Origin: Eledone cirrhosa
Lineage: Eukaryota
Reading direction: 5' to 3'
DNA: 64,000 nucleotides
NCBI GenBank assembly: GCA_964016885.1
Contig: OZ024741.1
Coordinates: 184,016,001 to 184,080,000, forward strand
Under the pieces are notes generated by a model. That model searched no databases. It was not told the origin of the DNA and was given only the letters and a program-made list of their open reading frames with translations. How positions within the stretch are numbered: the first letter of the stretch is position 1; the number at the start of each line of letters is the position of its first letter. Made by a program: the position numbers and the translations under genes. Below, piece after piece: positions 41,037 to 53,034 of the stretch.

Positions 41037-41170
41037 TGCTTTATTAACCACAAGGGTTTACATAAAGTAGACATTAAGGACAGTGCAGGACAATACAGGA
41101 CGGTACAAATGGGCATTTCTGCGTGTAAAAAACAAAACAGAGGATGTAACAAAAAAATAACAATGAAAAA
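40993..41170 (-). mobile_element. Tx1 extreme 3' end with (ATT)n tail
   Basis: Nearly identical to 60825-60950. Confidence 0.85.
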
Positions 41171-41196
41171 TAATAATAATAATAATAATAATAATA

Positions 41197-41930
41197 GGCC
41201 AGGGGATGTCCAAGGAGGAAATAACATCAAGGAGAAAGAGCAGCCTTCAGGAAAAATCCCTTCATAGTACCTTCTTTGAGAAAACTGAATTTAGAGATCC
41301 ACAGACATGGAACTGGTTGAAAAGAGGAGACCTTAAAAAGGCTACAGAAGGAATGTTAATGGCTGCGCAGGAGCAGGCCCTCAAAACGAAGTGATTGAAA
41401 CACCATATTTACAAGGAGGAGGCTAGCCCACTGTGCAGGATCTGTGGAGAGAGAGAGAGGAGACTGTGGCTCACAGACGGACAAGAAACTGGAACACAAT
41501 AGACCTGACCTGGTGGTTGTGGACAAAGAAAAAAGATCGTGCCTGATTGTGGATGTGGCCTGCCCATTCGACACGAGAGTGCAAGAGAAAGAGAGGGAGA
41601 AAATTAACTGATACCAGGACTTAAAGTGGGAGGTAAAAAGGATTTGGAACTGCCATGAAGTCAAAGTGATCCCGATTGTCATAGGCGCACTGGGGACTAT
41701 CTCCAAAAGTTTCCAGGGATGGTTAAAGAAAATTGGCCCGACACGCTTTTTGGAACGCTTCAAAAGGCATGCTTGCTGGGAACAGCAAGAACCCTCCGAT
41801 ACGTCCTGAATATCTGAGGCTGCAGGTAATGGCTTGATATTCATTCCAACAAACATTCCAGTTAACTAACATCAATGACTGAGACTCAAGGAGTAATAAA
41901 AATAATAATAATAATAATAATAATAATAAT
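41197..41930 (+). mobile_element. Dong/R4-type LINE 3' fragment (internally deleted) in (AAT)n
   Basis: Close copy of 42686-43570 lacking about 190 bp; flanked by (aat)n. Confidence 0.9.
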
Positions 41931-43588
41931 CTCTGTTGTTTGTCCTTGCCCTGATGCCCCTGACCAGTGTACTGCGAAAAGTGAGAGCAGGATACAGGTT
42001 GGGAAAGGGAGGGCTTGCCATCAATCACCTCCTCTTCATGGACGATCTTAAGCTCTTCGGGAAGAGTGAGAAGGAGTTGGATGCGCTTGTTGACACTGTC
42101 CGTATTTTCAGCAATGATATATGTATGCAATTTGGTATTAGTAAGTGTGGAGTCATTGTGATGAGGAGGGGTAAGTTGAGCAGAAGTAACGGATACCAAC
42201 AGGTGAGCAGAAGTAATCCAGATACCAACAGGTGAGATGATAAAAGAAATTGACTCTGAAGAAGGATACAAGTATTTGGGCGTTCTGGAGGCTGATGACA
42301 TCAAGAACAAAAAATGAAGGAATTGATAAGAACTGAATACCTTCGGAGAGTAAGGAGCGTATTAAAGTCACATCTGAACAGTAGGAATGCCATAAGTGCA
42401 GTAAATTCCCGAGCTGTGTCTATTATTAGGTACAGTGCGGGAATTCTGAGATGGAATGTTGCTGAACAAAAAGAAATGGATAGGAAGATTAGGAAGCTAT
42501 TGACTATCTACAATATGTTCCACAAGAGGAGTGATGTCGATAGACTCTACTTAAGGAGATCTGAGGGTGGAAGAGGTCTTATTAGCATAGAGGACTGTGT
42601 TCAGATGGAGAAAAACAACCTACACAAATAAATGACTGATAGTAAGGAGCCAATGCTCAGAGCTGTACTGAAGGAGGGGACAATAGGCCAGGGGATGTCC
42701 AAGGAGGAAATAACATCAAGGAGAAAGAGCAGCCTTCAGGAAAAATTCCTTCATAGTACCTTCTTTGAGAAAACTGAATTTAGAGATCCACAGACATGGA
42801 ACTGGTTGAAAAGAGGAGACCTTAAAAAGGCTACAGAAGGAATGTTAATGGCTGCGCAGGAGCAGGCCCTCAAAACGAAGTGGTTGAAACACCATATTTA
42901 CAAGGAGGAGACTAGCCCACTGTGCAGGATCTGTGGAGAGAGAGAGGAGACTGTGGCTCACATTGTATCCGAGTGTAAACACCTAGCCCAGACTCACTAT
43001 AAGGGCTGGAGACATGATGTGATGGGCAGGGTGATCCACTGGCACCTGTGCAAAGTAAAAAATTTACCACATTCTGAGAAGTTGTATGAGCATAAGCCAG
43101 ATGCGGTGATAGAAAACGATCAGGTGAAGGTGCTGTGGTATTTTAGGATACAGACGGACAAGAAACTGGAAGACTATAGACCTGACCCGGTGGTTTTGGA
43201 CAAAGAAAAAAGATCGTGCCTGATTGTGGATGTAGCCTGCCCATTCGACACGAGAGTGCAAGAGAAGGAGAGGGAGAAAATTAACCGATACCAGGACTTA
43301 AAGTGGGAGGTAAAAAGGATTTGGAACTGCCATGAAGTCAAAGTGGTCCCGATTGTCATAGGCGCACTAGGTACTATCTCAAAAAGTTTCCAGGGATGGT
43401 TAAAGAAAATTGGCCCCGCCACGCTTTTTGGAACGCTTCAAAAGGGATGCTTACTGGGAACAGCAAGAACCCTCCGATACGTCCTGAATATCTGAGGCTG
43501 CAGGTAGTGGCTTGATATTCATTTCAACAAACTTTCCAGTTAACTAACATCAATGACTGAGACTCAAAGAACAATAATAATAATAATA
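41931..43588 (+). mobile_element. 5'-truncated young Dong/R4-type LINE (RT C-half, CCHC finger, RLE) in (AAT)n
   Basis: NHLLFMDDLKLF, YKYLG, DVDRLY..GGRGL, CRICGEREETVAHIVSEC, RHD, RPD..VDV..P..EREKINRYQDL (PD-(D/E)xK nuclease); (aat)n on both sides. Confidence 0.93.
42632..43495 (+). pseudogene. Open C-terminal segment of the R4/Dong ORF (zinc knuckle + restriction-like endonuclease)
   Basis: 287-aa ORF with CCHC and RLE motifs; upstream parts are broken by stops. Confidence 0.85.
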
Positions 43589-43825
43589 TATACATATATA
43601 TAAAACTCAGATTAAATTATTAAAATAATAAATTAATAAATAAATAAATCAATGCTATTGTTAATTAATAGATAAATTAATTAATACTTTGACACTTCAC
43701 ACAAAGTAAAATAATTTGTTTTAAACATTTTCTAACCCACAAAAAAGGGGGGGAAATAAAATAAAGGAAAAAATAATATTTTTCTTCCTAATAATCGTTT
43801 TTCTCTCCCTATATATATATATATA

Positions 43826-44460
43826 TCTAAAACAGAGAATGTCTGTCTGTCTGTCTGTCTGTCCGATCACTAAAACTCGAGAACCACCCAACCGATTGTT
43901 TTCAAACATTACACATGTAATACGTATGGTACTGTGAGTATTTTGAGCAAAAATAATTTCAAATTTTCATTGACCTAGGGACTGCATTAGGCGATTTAGC
44001 GATCTCTCTCTATAACTCTTAGTCTTTCTCTTTTTAGATAGATACGTAGATATAACGTTGCGTCCTTATAGTATCTGTCTGTATGCCTGGCTGTCTGCAT
44101 TACGACATTATGACGTAGCTGTGTGTGTAATGTGTATATGTATATATAGTGTGTGTGTATATATATATAATGTGTAACGTTTTTCGAAATATTTACTTCT
44201 GCGTTCACAGATTGATTTTTTTCTTTTAGTTTCAGAAGATCCTGTTAAGGGTGAAAGCAGCGATTCTTTGCTTCAACTTTAATATGTTATTTTAATATAT
44301 ATATATAATTATATATTCGTGTACAGATAGTTTTGCATACACAATAACAAAATGTAAACAAACGTATTTATTTCACGAGGCTCGATAAGTATAAATATAT
44401 ATCAAATATATAAGAACCCTATTGCAAATCCCGAGCAACGCCGGGCCATATACAAAAGTA
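43826..44460 (+). mobile_element. Non-autonomous Helitron-like element
   Basis: 5' TC after a TA run; (gtct)n; aactcgagaacc..caaccgatt..ttcaaa head; 3' GC hairpin cccgagcaacgccggg (44430-44445); terminal CTAG not intact. Confidence 0.55.
44228..44278 (+). ncRNA. Hammerhead-like motif with CAGAAGA core
   Basis: agttt-CAGAAGA-tcct gtta aggg t-GAAA-gca..tgc-TT-caact. Confidence 0.5.
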
Positions 44461-44592
44461 TTTATTTCGCGATAAAGTATTGATTTTATTCGCACGGAAA
44501 AAAACCCTGGTAATCTACGACGAATTTTTTAATAAGCACAAAATGTAGACACCAACCGAGGCCGAGGCATTCGGTACTTCTCTGTACTGTAC

Positions 44593-44621
<29 letters not shown>

Positions 44622-44629
<8 letters not shown>

Positions 44630-44990
44630 TAAAGGAAAAGAAAATGCTTACAAATTGTTCCCAGTGAAAAATAGTTTAATTAGGAATAAGTAAAAATTAG
44701 TGATAAGTATTGGTTAGTATTCAGTTTTTGTTTTAAGTTTTTACCGGTTGCGCATTTCTAATGCTTTTCGAAAATAATTTTGAGATAGAGCGCCCGTGAT
44801 TAGAGCAAACATCACGGGCGCTCTATCTCAAAATTATTTTTCAAAAGCATTAGAAATGCGCAGCCGGTAAAAACTTAAAACCAAAACTGAATACTAACCA
44901 ATACTATTACTAATTTTTACTTATTCCTAATTAAACTATTTTTCACTGGGAACAATTTGTCAGCATTTTCTTTTCCTTTTACCAATATAT
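44622..44990. repeat. Long near-perfect palindrome (~175-bp arms, 10-bp loop) inside (TA)n
   Basis: Centre ..gagcgcccgtgat tagagcaaac atcacgggcgctc..; arms match out to tatattggtaaa/tttaccaatata. Confidence 0.92.
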
Positions 44991-45015
44991 CATAACTCGT
45001 GTGTTACACCTCTAT

Positions 45016-45073
<58 letters not shown>

Positions 45074-45389
45074 TAATATGTATGTGATGAAACACAGATA
45101 CCAACACATCTGTATATATATTGCAAAAGAAAAATTTAGCCAGATTGAAGTATACTAATTATTATACTACAGTTTGTCCATATCGATTTAAAATAAATCA
45201 ACGAAGACGAACTGTATTGCCAAGAGGCTGTGATGTTTAGACACATTTAAATTTCAAAATCAAACCTGTTCCGTATATACGACTGTTATTTCTAGCAGTA
45301 CGGTTATGAGACTAGTTAGATACTGTAAAACCATGTGCGTCACGCAGTATTTTAAATTCTTAGAAGTGAAGCATATCAATTTGTCCCTG

Positions 45390-45473
45390 GATGTTTACTG
45401 AGGAGAGCAGGACATGATATTCCTACACTTATTTAACTCGAAACATATTTGGATCTTAAAGTTTAAACTTATC
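45390..45473 (+). ncRNA. Type I hammerhead ribozyme
   Basis: gatgttta-CTGAGGA-gag..ctc-GAAA-c(ata)tttgg atc ttaaag-TT-taaac tt atc. Confidence 0.65.
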
Positions 45474-45906
45474 TACGGAACAGGTTTGATTTTGAAATTT
45501 AAATGTGTCTAAACATCACAGCCTCTTGGCAATACAGTTCGTCTTCGTTGATTTATTATTTTAAATCGATATGGACAAACTGTAGTATAATAATTAGTAT
45601 ACTTCAATCTGGCTAAATTTTTCTTTTGCAATATATATACAGATGTGTTGGTATCTGTGTTTCATCACATACATATTAATTTATACACTGCTCAGGGGGT
45701 ATTTTCCTCCTTCGAGCTAATTCCATTGTAAAAGAATTCATTACCTTATTAATTTTAACTGCTCCTAGTTTGAGCTGCAAGCCGCCTCATGTATACGACT
45801 GTTATTTCTAGCAGTACGGTTATGAGACTAGTTAGATACTGTAAAACCATGTGCGTCACGCAGTCTTTTAAATTATTTAGAAGTGAAGTATATCAATTTG
45901 TCCCTG

Positions 45907-45990
45907 GATGTTTACTGAGGAGAGGAGGACATGATATTCCTACACTTATTTAACTCGAAACATATTTGGATCTTAAAGTTTAAACTTATC
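45907..45990 (+). ncRNA. Type I hammerhead ribozyme (second unit)
   Basis: Same motif as 45390-45473, 517 bp downstream. Confidence 0.65.
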
Positions 45991-46284
45991 TACGGAACAG
46001 GTTTGACTTTGAAATTTAAATGTGTCTAAACATCACAGCCTCTTGGCAATACAGTTCGTCTTCGTTGATTTATTATTTTAAATCGATATGGACAAACTGT
46101 AGTATAATAATTAGTATACTTCAATCTGGCTAAATTTTTCTTTTGCAATATATATACAGATGTGTTGGTATCTGTGTTTCATCACACACTTATTAATTTA
46201 TACACTGCTCAGGGGGTATTTTCCTCCTTCGAGCTAATTCCATTGTAAAAGAATTCATTACCTTATTAATATATATATATATAT

Positions 46285-46640
46285 TTATAATTATATATTC
46301 GTGTACAGATATTTTTGCATACACAATAACAAAATATAAACAAAAGTATTTATTTCACGAGGCTCGATAAGGATAAATATATATAAAATATATAAGAACC
46401 CTAGAGCAAATCCCGAGCAACGCCGGGCCATTTAATTTCAAATTTTCAATGCCCTAGGCGAGTTAGCGATCTCTCTCTATAATTCTTAGTCTTTCTTTTT
46501 TTTTAGATAGATACATAGATATAACGTTGCGCCCTTATAATATCTGTCTGTATGCCTGGCTGTCTGCATTACGTCATCATGACGCGGTGTGTCTGTGTAT
46601 ATGTATATATAATGTGTGTATATATATATATATAAATATA

Positions 46641-46726
<86 letters not shown>

Positions 46727-46839
46727 GTGTAACATTTTTCGAAATATTTACTTCTGCGTTCGAAGATTGATTTTTTTAGTTTCAGAAGATCCCGTTTAGA
46801 GTGAAGGCAGCGATTCTTTGTTTAAACTTTGATCTGTTA

Positions 46840-46850
<11 letters not shown>
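46285..46850 (+). mobile_element. Permuted second copy of the Helitron-like segments
   Basis: 46285-46430 matches 44305-44450; 46432-46850 matches 43955-44300, including the CAGAAGA motif at 46778-46828. Confidence 0.7.
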
Positions 46851-46933
<83 letters not shown>

Positions 46934-46987
46934 TCGTTTCTGAATTTGTTTAGCAAGATTCTTTATCTGAAAACGTGTGTTGAAACA

Positions 46988-48103
46988 GATATTGTTATGC
47001 TTTGGGAGGGTCATGTTGCCAATAAGAAACACACGCACCAGCTGATTTTACTCCAATTTATTATAAGTTAAATATATAAATTTAAGAATTTATAAATTTC
47101 CGATTGGTTGGTTGGTCCACAACCGAATGGTTGTTCATATATTGTCAAAGTTCTTTCGTCGCACATTCTGTGACCTCTTCAGTGACTGGGGATTCTTCTC
47201 TTTGTTTTGCGCCTCTCCTTTGTTCTGTCCTACGCCATCTTGTTTTTGTGTGTGTTGTGTGTTTCGTTTGCGCATGTGTTACAACCGGATGTCTGTGTGT
47301 GTTTTTATTTGTTTATTTATTTATTTATTTATTTACATGTTACTGGTTGGTTGTTTGTTCTATGTGTGTGTGTGTGTTTTCATTTTGTCCTTAATTGTAA
47401 GTTGTGATGTTGCTATTCCATTCATGTTTTCTATTTAATTTTGGTTGGAGTTCATTTATGTTTATTGCTTCTGTGATTTGTCTAAACATTGCGTCATTTC
47501 TGTGTGTAGATTTTATTTTTATTTCTATCTTCACTAATTTGCCCTTATGTTGTATTTTAGCATGTTGGTGGAGTACTGATGAATCTTTTCTATCTTGAAG
47601 CTCTCGCCAGTGTTCATTTAATCGTTCTCCTATACTACGAGCTGTCTCACCTATGTACACTATATTCTTATCTTAACATTGTCCTTCAATACATCTTATG
47701 CTATATACTATGTTTCTAGTTTTACAATTAATATGGGGTCTTAGTCTACAGATTATGCAATTTCCTATCTATATAGGGAGGTCTTTGAAAAAGGTATGTA
47801 TTACTAATAAGTATTTTATGGAGGTACCTGGTCTTTCTACTATCTTAATATTTAGTTTAAGTTTGTCTAGGGCCCTTCTAAATTTGAAAGCTAATTCACC
47901 TCTAGGGGTTGTATTGATGAACATTACACTCTGGTATTTATTGCTATCATACCATGAGTTTATTCTATTCACCTTATTCCTAATTCTTTCTATAGAAAGA
48001 ACTAGGAATAAGGTTTATGAATTTAATTTATACTAAATTGGAGTGAAAGCAACTGGTGCGTGTGTTTCTTATTGGCAACATGACCCTCCCAAAGTATAAC
48101 AAT
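46988..48103 (-). mobile_element. Penelope-like element fragment (GIY-YIG) with inverted termini
   Basis: YIGETARSIGERLNEH..ITEAININELQPKLNRK; 46988-47075 is inverted at 48010-48103. Confidence 0.88.
47144..47186 (-). ncRNA. Minimal hammerhead in Penelope terminal repeat
   Basis: Reverse complement: gtca-CTGAAGA-ggtc..gac-GAAA-gaac-TT-tgac. Confidence 0.7.
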
Positions 48104-48221
48104 ACATATATATATATAACGAGTAAATCAGACAAAGTTGGAATTCCTCTTATTAATATAATCTTCTGTACACAATCATACACACCCGTGTATATTTACC
48201 TATCTATATCTATATATATAC

Positions 48222-48300
<79 letters not shown>

Positions 48301-48538
48301 TATAGATAGGTAAATATACACGGGTGTGTATGATTGTGTACATAAGATTATATTAATAAGAGGAATTCCAACTTTGTCTGATTTACTCGTTTTATTTACA
48401 ATCCTTTAAAATATATATAATGGTATTATAATGAAATAGTATGATAGAATATATATAATGGTATTATAATGAAATAGTATGATAGAATATATATAATGGT
48501 ATTATAATGAAATAGTATGATAGAATATTAAACTCTAA

Positions 48539-49681
48539 GTGTTAATGGGATACTTAGAACAACAACTCTACCAAGAAATAGAGGAAAAATATAGTACTGA
48601 CTTTAGAAAGTACATTGAAAAATCTTGGAAGAGATACCTTGACGACTGTTTCATCATCAGGACAGAATCTCTAGATACTCTGGATGAGTTCAATATCCTC
48701 CTGAATAACCTACACCCATCTCTCCAATTCACAAAAGAGATGAGTAGGACCAAATTACCATTCCTGGATATAATGATAATCAAAAACGACACCACCATTA
48801 CCACGGATATATATTATAAACACACAGACACCCATCAATATCTGAATTTTAAGTCGTGCCATCCACCTCATACAAAACGCAACATCCCATACTGCCTAGC
48901 CAGAAGAATTTGTACCATTGTAGAAGATACGAATACCAGGTACAAACGCCTAACAGAACTAAAAGAATGTTTGCTCAAACAAAAATACCCATCTCTACTT
49001 ATAGAAAATGGCATACAGCGGGCTATAAAAATACCTATACAACAACTTAGAACAACCCAAGGAAGAAGAAACCAAGAACTGGTCATACCATTTATAATAA
49101 CACACAACCCATGTCACCAGAATATCTTCAACACTGCCAAAGCAAACCTACCGATCATTGCTCAAAGTAATGAATTAAAAGGCTTAATCACAGATCGATC
49201 TTTGACTCTTAGTAAAAGACAGCCAAAAAATTTGAAGCAATTGCTAACAAAAGCAAAGTTTGACCTTAACAACAAAGACCAATCATTCACTGTATCTAAC
49301 TGCAATGATAATCGATGCGGCACATGTCAATCCATACACGCCGGTCAATATATGAAAACAAAAACTGGAAAAATATTCCCAAATGCAAATATGAACTGCA
49401 AAAGCAGAAATCTAATTTACTGCATTAAATGACCGAATTGTGAAGAACTATATGTCGGTCAAACTGGAAATGCACTATCGGAACGTGCACGGGTACACCG
49501 TCAACAAATCAGAGACCCAAATGTCCGTCAGATACCCCTAAGCGGCCACCTGGCAACATGTGGTCAGGGAATATTTATAATATTTCCATTCTACAAATTA
49601 CACAGCCCAAGTGAAATCAAGAGAAAAATCAAAGAAAAGAATTTTATTGATAAATTCAAACCCAAGCTAAATGAACAATAA
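48539..49681 (+). pseudogene. Penelope RT C-half plus GIY-YIG endonuclease (truncated; in-frame stop at 49430)
   Basis: 297-aa ORF continuing past TGA into PNCEELYVGQTGNALSERARVHRQQI..KFKPKLN. Confidence 0.9.
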
Positions 49682-49728
49682 TAACGCCTAGGGGTATTAC
49701 TTCTACTACCACTATGACCACGACCACT

Positions 49729-49770
<42 letters not shown>

Positions 49771-50086
49771 AATAATAATAATAATAAAAGTGATGTTGAT
49801 GGTGATGATTAATAGAAAATGCTATTTTCATCATTTCCAAAAAAAAAAAGCAAAACAATTGATACGTTGGATATGACTATTGGTCGTTAGCATGCTCAAC
49901 CAGCCGTGACGCTTAAACCAATCAGCTGTAGTAATTCAGTGAAACTACACACTGATTGGTCGAAATACAGTTTACAGGGCTTTGCATTCTGGAGCCACTT
50001 TTCTCTGTATAAAATGTATAAAAGGTAGGAAATTTACCCATCTCATTACAGTTGAAAATTGCAAACTCGATTGTCACCACATATCA

Positions 50087-50125
50087 TGAACCTGAAGATT
50101 GCGAAAGCATGAAAGTACTTGTTCA
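50087..50125 (+). ncRNA. Minimal hammerhead in Penelope terminal repeat
   Basis: tgaac-CTGAAGA-t tgc gaaa gca t-GAAA-gtac (palindrome agtact)-TT-gttca. Confidence 0.8.
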
Positions 50126-50245
50126 ATTAACACTTAGAATTTAATATTCTATCATACTATTTCATTATAATACCATTATATATATTTTAAAGGATTGTAA
50201 ATAAAACGAGTAAATCAGACAAAGTAGGAATTCCTCTTATTAATA

Positions 50246-50274
50246 TATGTATATATATATACATGTGTTTATGT

Positions 50275-50308
<34 letters not shown>

Positions 50309-50369
50309 GTGTATATATATATATGTGTGTATATATATATATATATATAAATATAAATATATATATATG

Positions 50370-50405
<36 letters not shown>

Positions 50406-50432
50406 CATAGTTATATATATATATATGTATAT

Positions 50433-50475
<43 letters not shown>

Positions 50476-50636
50476 TATATATATTTATATACACACATAT
50501 ATATATATTTATATTTATATATATATATATATACACACACATATATATATATACATATATATATATATACACACATACATACACACGCATACACACACAC
50601 ACACATACATACATATACACACACATACATATATAC
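50246..50636. repeat. (TA)n/(CA)n block
   Basis: Read directly from the sequence. Confidence 0.9.
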
Positions 50637-50834
50637 GGTAGACATAGATGCAATTCAATTCAAACACACGACGTCATGCTTCTTCATCAAAGGGTGACGA
50701 AGTATAATTAGAATGAGGAAAAATGTGAAGTTGTAGATGTAAAGAGTCCTTTAATAACAAAGCTGTGATACGGATTTCAATGACGATCATGGTCACTCGA
50801 TTATTTAACCAATTCTCGTGATTTCATCAGAGAG

Positions 50835-50988
50835 AAAAATTGAGGAAAAGGTTACGTTTTCGAGGCAATACTATATTCAGGGGAACGGAGAAAAAATTGT
50901 TTTTGTTGGCATAAGGGGACGGACAATTTTTTGGCCGTCACCTTTGATATAGGATTTCCTCGGAAACGTAACATTTTACTCAAATTTT
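50835..50988. repeat. Decayed ~150-bp inverted repeat (MITE-like)
   Basis: aaaaattgaggaaaaggttacgttttcgagg.. / ..cctcggaaacgtaacattttactcaaatttt. Confidence 0.5.
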
Positions 50989-50989
50989 T

Positions 50990-51295
50990 GGCTTGCAATC
51001 CTGAGGTTTTGAGTTCCCGGATCAGGTTATGCGTTGTGTCATTGAGTAAGACTCTTTATTTCACGTGGCTCCAGTTTACTCAGCTGTAGAAATGAATTGC
51101 GACGTCACTGGTGTCAAGCAGTGTCGGCCATTACCTTTCTCTTGGACAACATCAATGGTTTGTAGAAAAGAGTTTGGTATGCATGGGAGATTGCTGGTCT
51201 TCCACAAACAACTTTCTCCAGGTTTGTGTCTCGGAATGGAACTTTCTAGGTGCAAATCGCATGGTTATTCGCGACCGATGAGGTCTCTTCTTCTG
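50990..51295 (+). mobile_element. CORE-type tRNA SINE
   Basis: Degenerate B-box gagttc; ttgtgtcattgagtaagactctttatttcac..ctccagtttactcagctgtagaaatg resembles the CORE domain. Confidence 0.65.
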
Positions 51296-52324
51296 CATAT
51301 ATATGGAATTAACAACTCACACCTACGCAGGTTTATCTGGCATCCTAGGAAGTTTTTTAGTTGCATTAATGTTTGGGGACCCATTCCTATCATGAAAAGC
51401 AACGTGTGACGGAATATCCAGTTCAAGAATACACGCCACTTGGTCCAGGAATTTAATCCATGCATTACCTTATGACCGTGCGGCAAATACCCTTATAACT
51501 AAACCATCCATGTAATATTGGTTTTGCATAAAGTGTCAGACATTCTTGTGTTACTTTTGCTTGTCAGAAGTACAGTTAACAGATTAAGTGGTGCGGAGGA
51601 AAACTCTAAATAACGGTGCGTAATTGTGATATAAAACATACACATGCAATCGACTCCGAACGCATGAGTACAAAATATACATAAAACAAAATACAAATCT
51701 TCAAACATTGGAATTTAATAGTTTTGGGATTATCCTTTGAAAATTCCGAGACAGAAAGCTTTCAACAACATGGAGCGGTTCTTAATTTTATAATATAATA
51801 TATAACATAATCGGGTATTGACATTTGTAGAAGCTAAAATGACTGTCGGCTTCATTTAATCATAAATGTAAACTGTCTGGTGTGTAGAATTCTATTAATT
51901 GAGAAGCAAGCAGTCAAAACAACGCATGCATCTTTCACTTAGCCGTAAACATCTTCAAATTGTTTTAATCCCTTGCTACAGAGGTTAACGACACAATGAC
52001 ACAAATCTATTTCGATCAAGTGTACACGTATATAATATATACAGTATATATATATATATATGTATGTGTATGTATATATATATATATATGTGTGTGTATA
52101 TATATGATGGCTTTATATCTTTACATATATGTATGTACGTATACATACTTATATTTAAGTAACAGCCGTACTAAGAGTGAGAAATGAAATTTCGTTTGAT
52201 TTTTTTGCGTTTATGGTTTTCGGTACCCCGGCCGATTAACTCACTCGATATGCAAATTAGGCTGCTCAGCCGTTAATATGCATAAGGAAAGTATATACTT
52301 TCAGACGTTCAACCATCTGGCAGG

Positions 52325-52379
52325 AAGGTATACGTTGCTGACGATAGCTAATAAGCTTGAAATTAGTACAACGTTCCTT
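52325..52379 (+). ncRNA. Minimal type I hammerhead ribozyme
   Basis: acgttg-CTGACGA-tagc taataa gctt-GAAA-ttag-TA-caacgt. Confidence 0.78.
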
Positions 52380-52512
52380 TATCAGTGTTGAACAAATCAG
52401 CAACGATGGTTGCTAGACACTGTACGGCTTAATTCGAGATGTTTGTTTACAAACACACCGAGCATTATAATAAATGTTCGGTGAATCCATACGTACATAT
52501 ATATATGTGTGC

Positions 52513-52607
<95 letters not shown>

Positions 52608-52825
52608 CTACTGTACGTCTGTATACATATATGTATGTACGTATACATACTTATATTTAAGTGACAGCCGTACTAGGAGTGAGAAATGAAATTTCGGTTA
52701 ATTTTTTCCGTTTATCGTTTTCGGTACCCCGGCCGATTAACTCACTCGATATGAAAATTCGGCTGCTCAGCCGTTAATATGCATAAGGAAAGTATATACT
52801 TTCAGACGTTCAACCATCTGGCAGG

Positions 52826-52880
52826 AAGGTATACGTTATTGACGATAGCTAATAAGCTTGAAACTTGTACAGCGTTCCTT
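52826..52880 (+). ncRNA. Mutated second hammerhead copy
   Basis: acgtta-TTGACGA-..-GAAA-cttg-TA-cagcgt. Confidence 0.55.
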
Positions 52881-53034
52881 TGTCAGTGTTGAACAAATGA
52901 GCAACGATGGTTGCTAGACACTGTACGGCTTAATTCGGGATGTTTGTTTACAAACACACAGAGCATAATAATAAATGTTCGGTGAATCCATACGTACATA
53001 TATATATATATGTGTGCATGTATGTATATATATA

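Larger units (their letters stand above)
45070..46270 (+). mobile_element. Non-coding retrozyme-like element: 5' inverted segment plus two tandem 517-bp units, each with a hammerhead
   Basis: 45073-45273 is the reverse complement of 45474-45685; 45277-45750 is repeated at 45793-46268; flanked by (TA)n. Confidence 0.7.
48114..50245 (+). mobile_element. 5'-truncated Penelope-like element with inverted terminal repeat
   Basis: RT RYLDDCF, LPFLD, YYKHTDTHQYL; GIY-YIG NLIYCIK*PNC..YVGQT..RARVHR; 48350-48547 is an inverted copy of 50126-50245. Confidence 0.93.
52125..53030 (+). mobile_element. Tandem dimer (501-bp period including a (TA)n spacer) carrying hammerheads
   Basis: 52128-52515 is repeated at 52628-53020. 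Confidence 0.75.
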
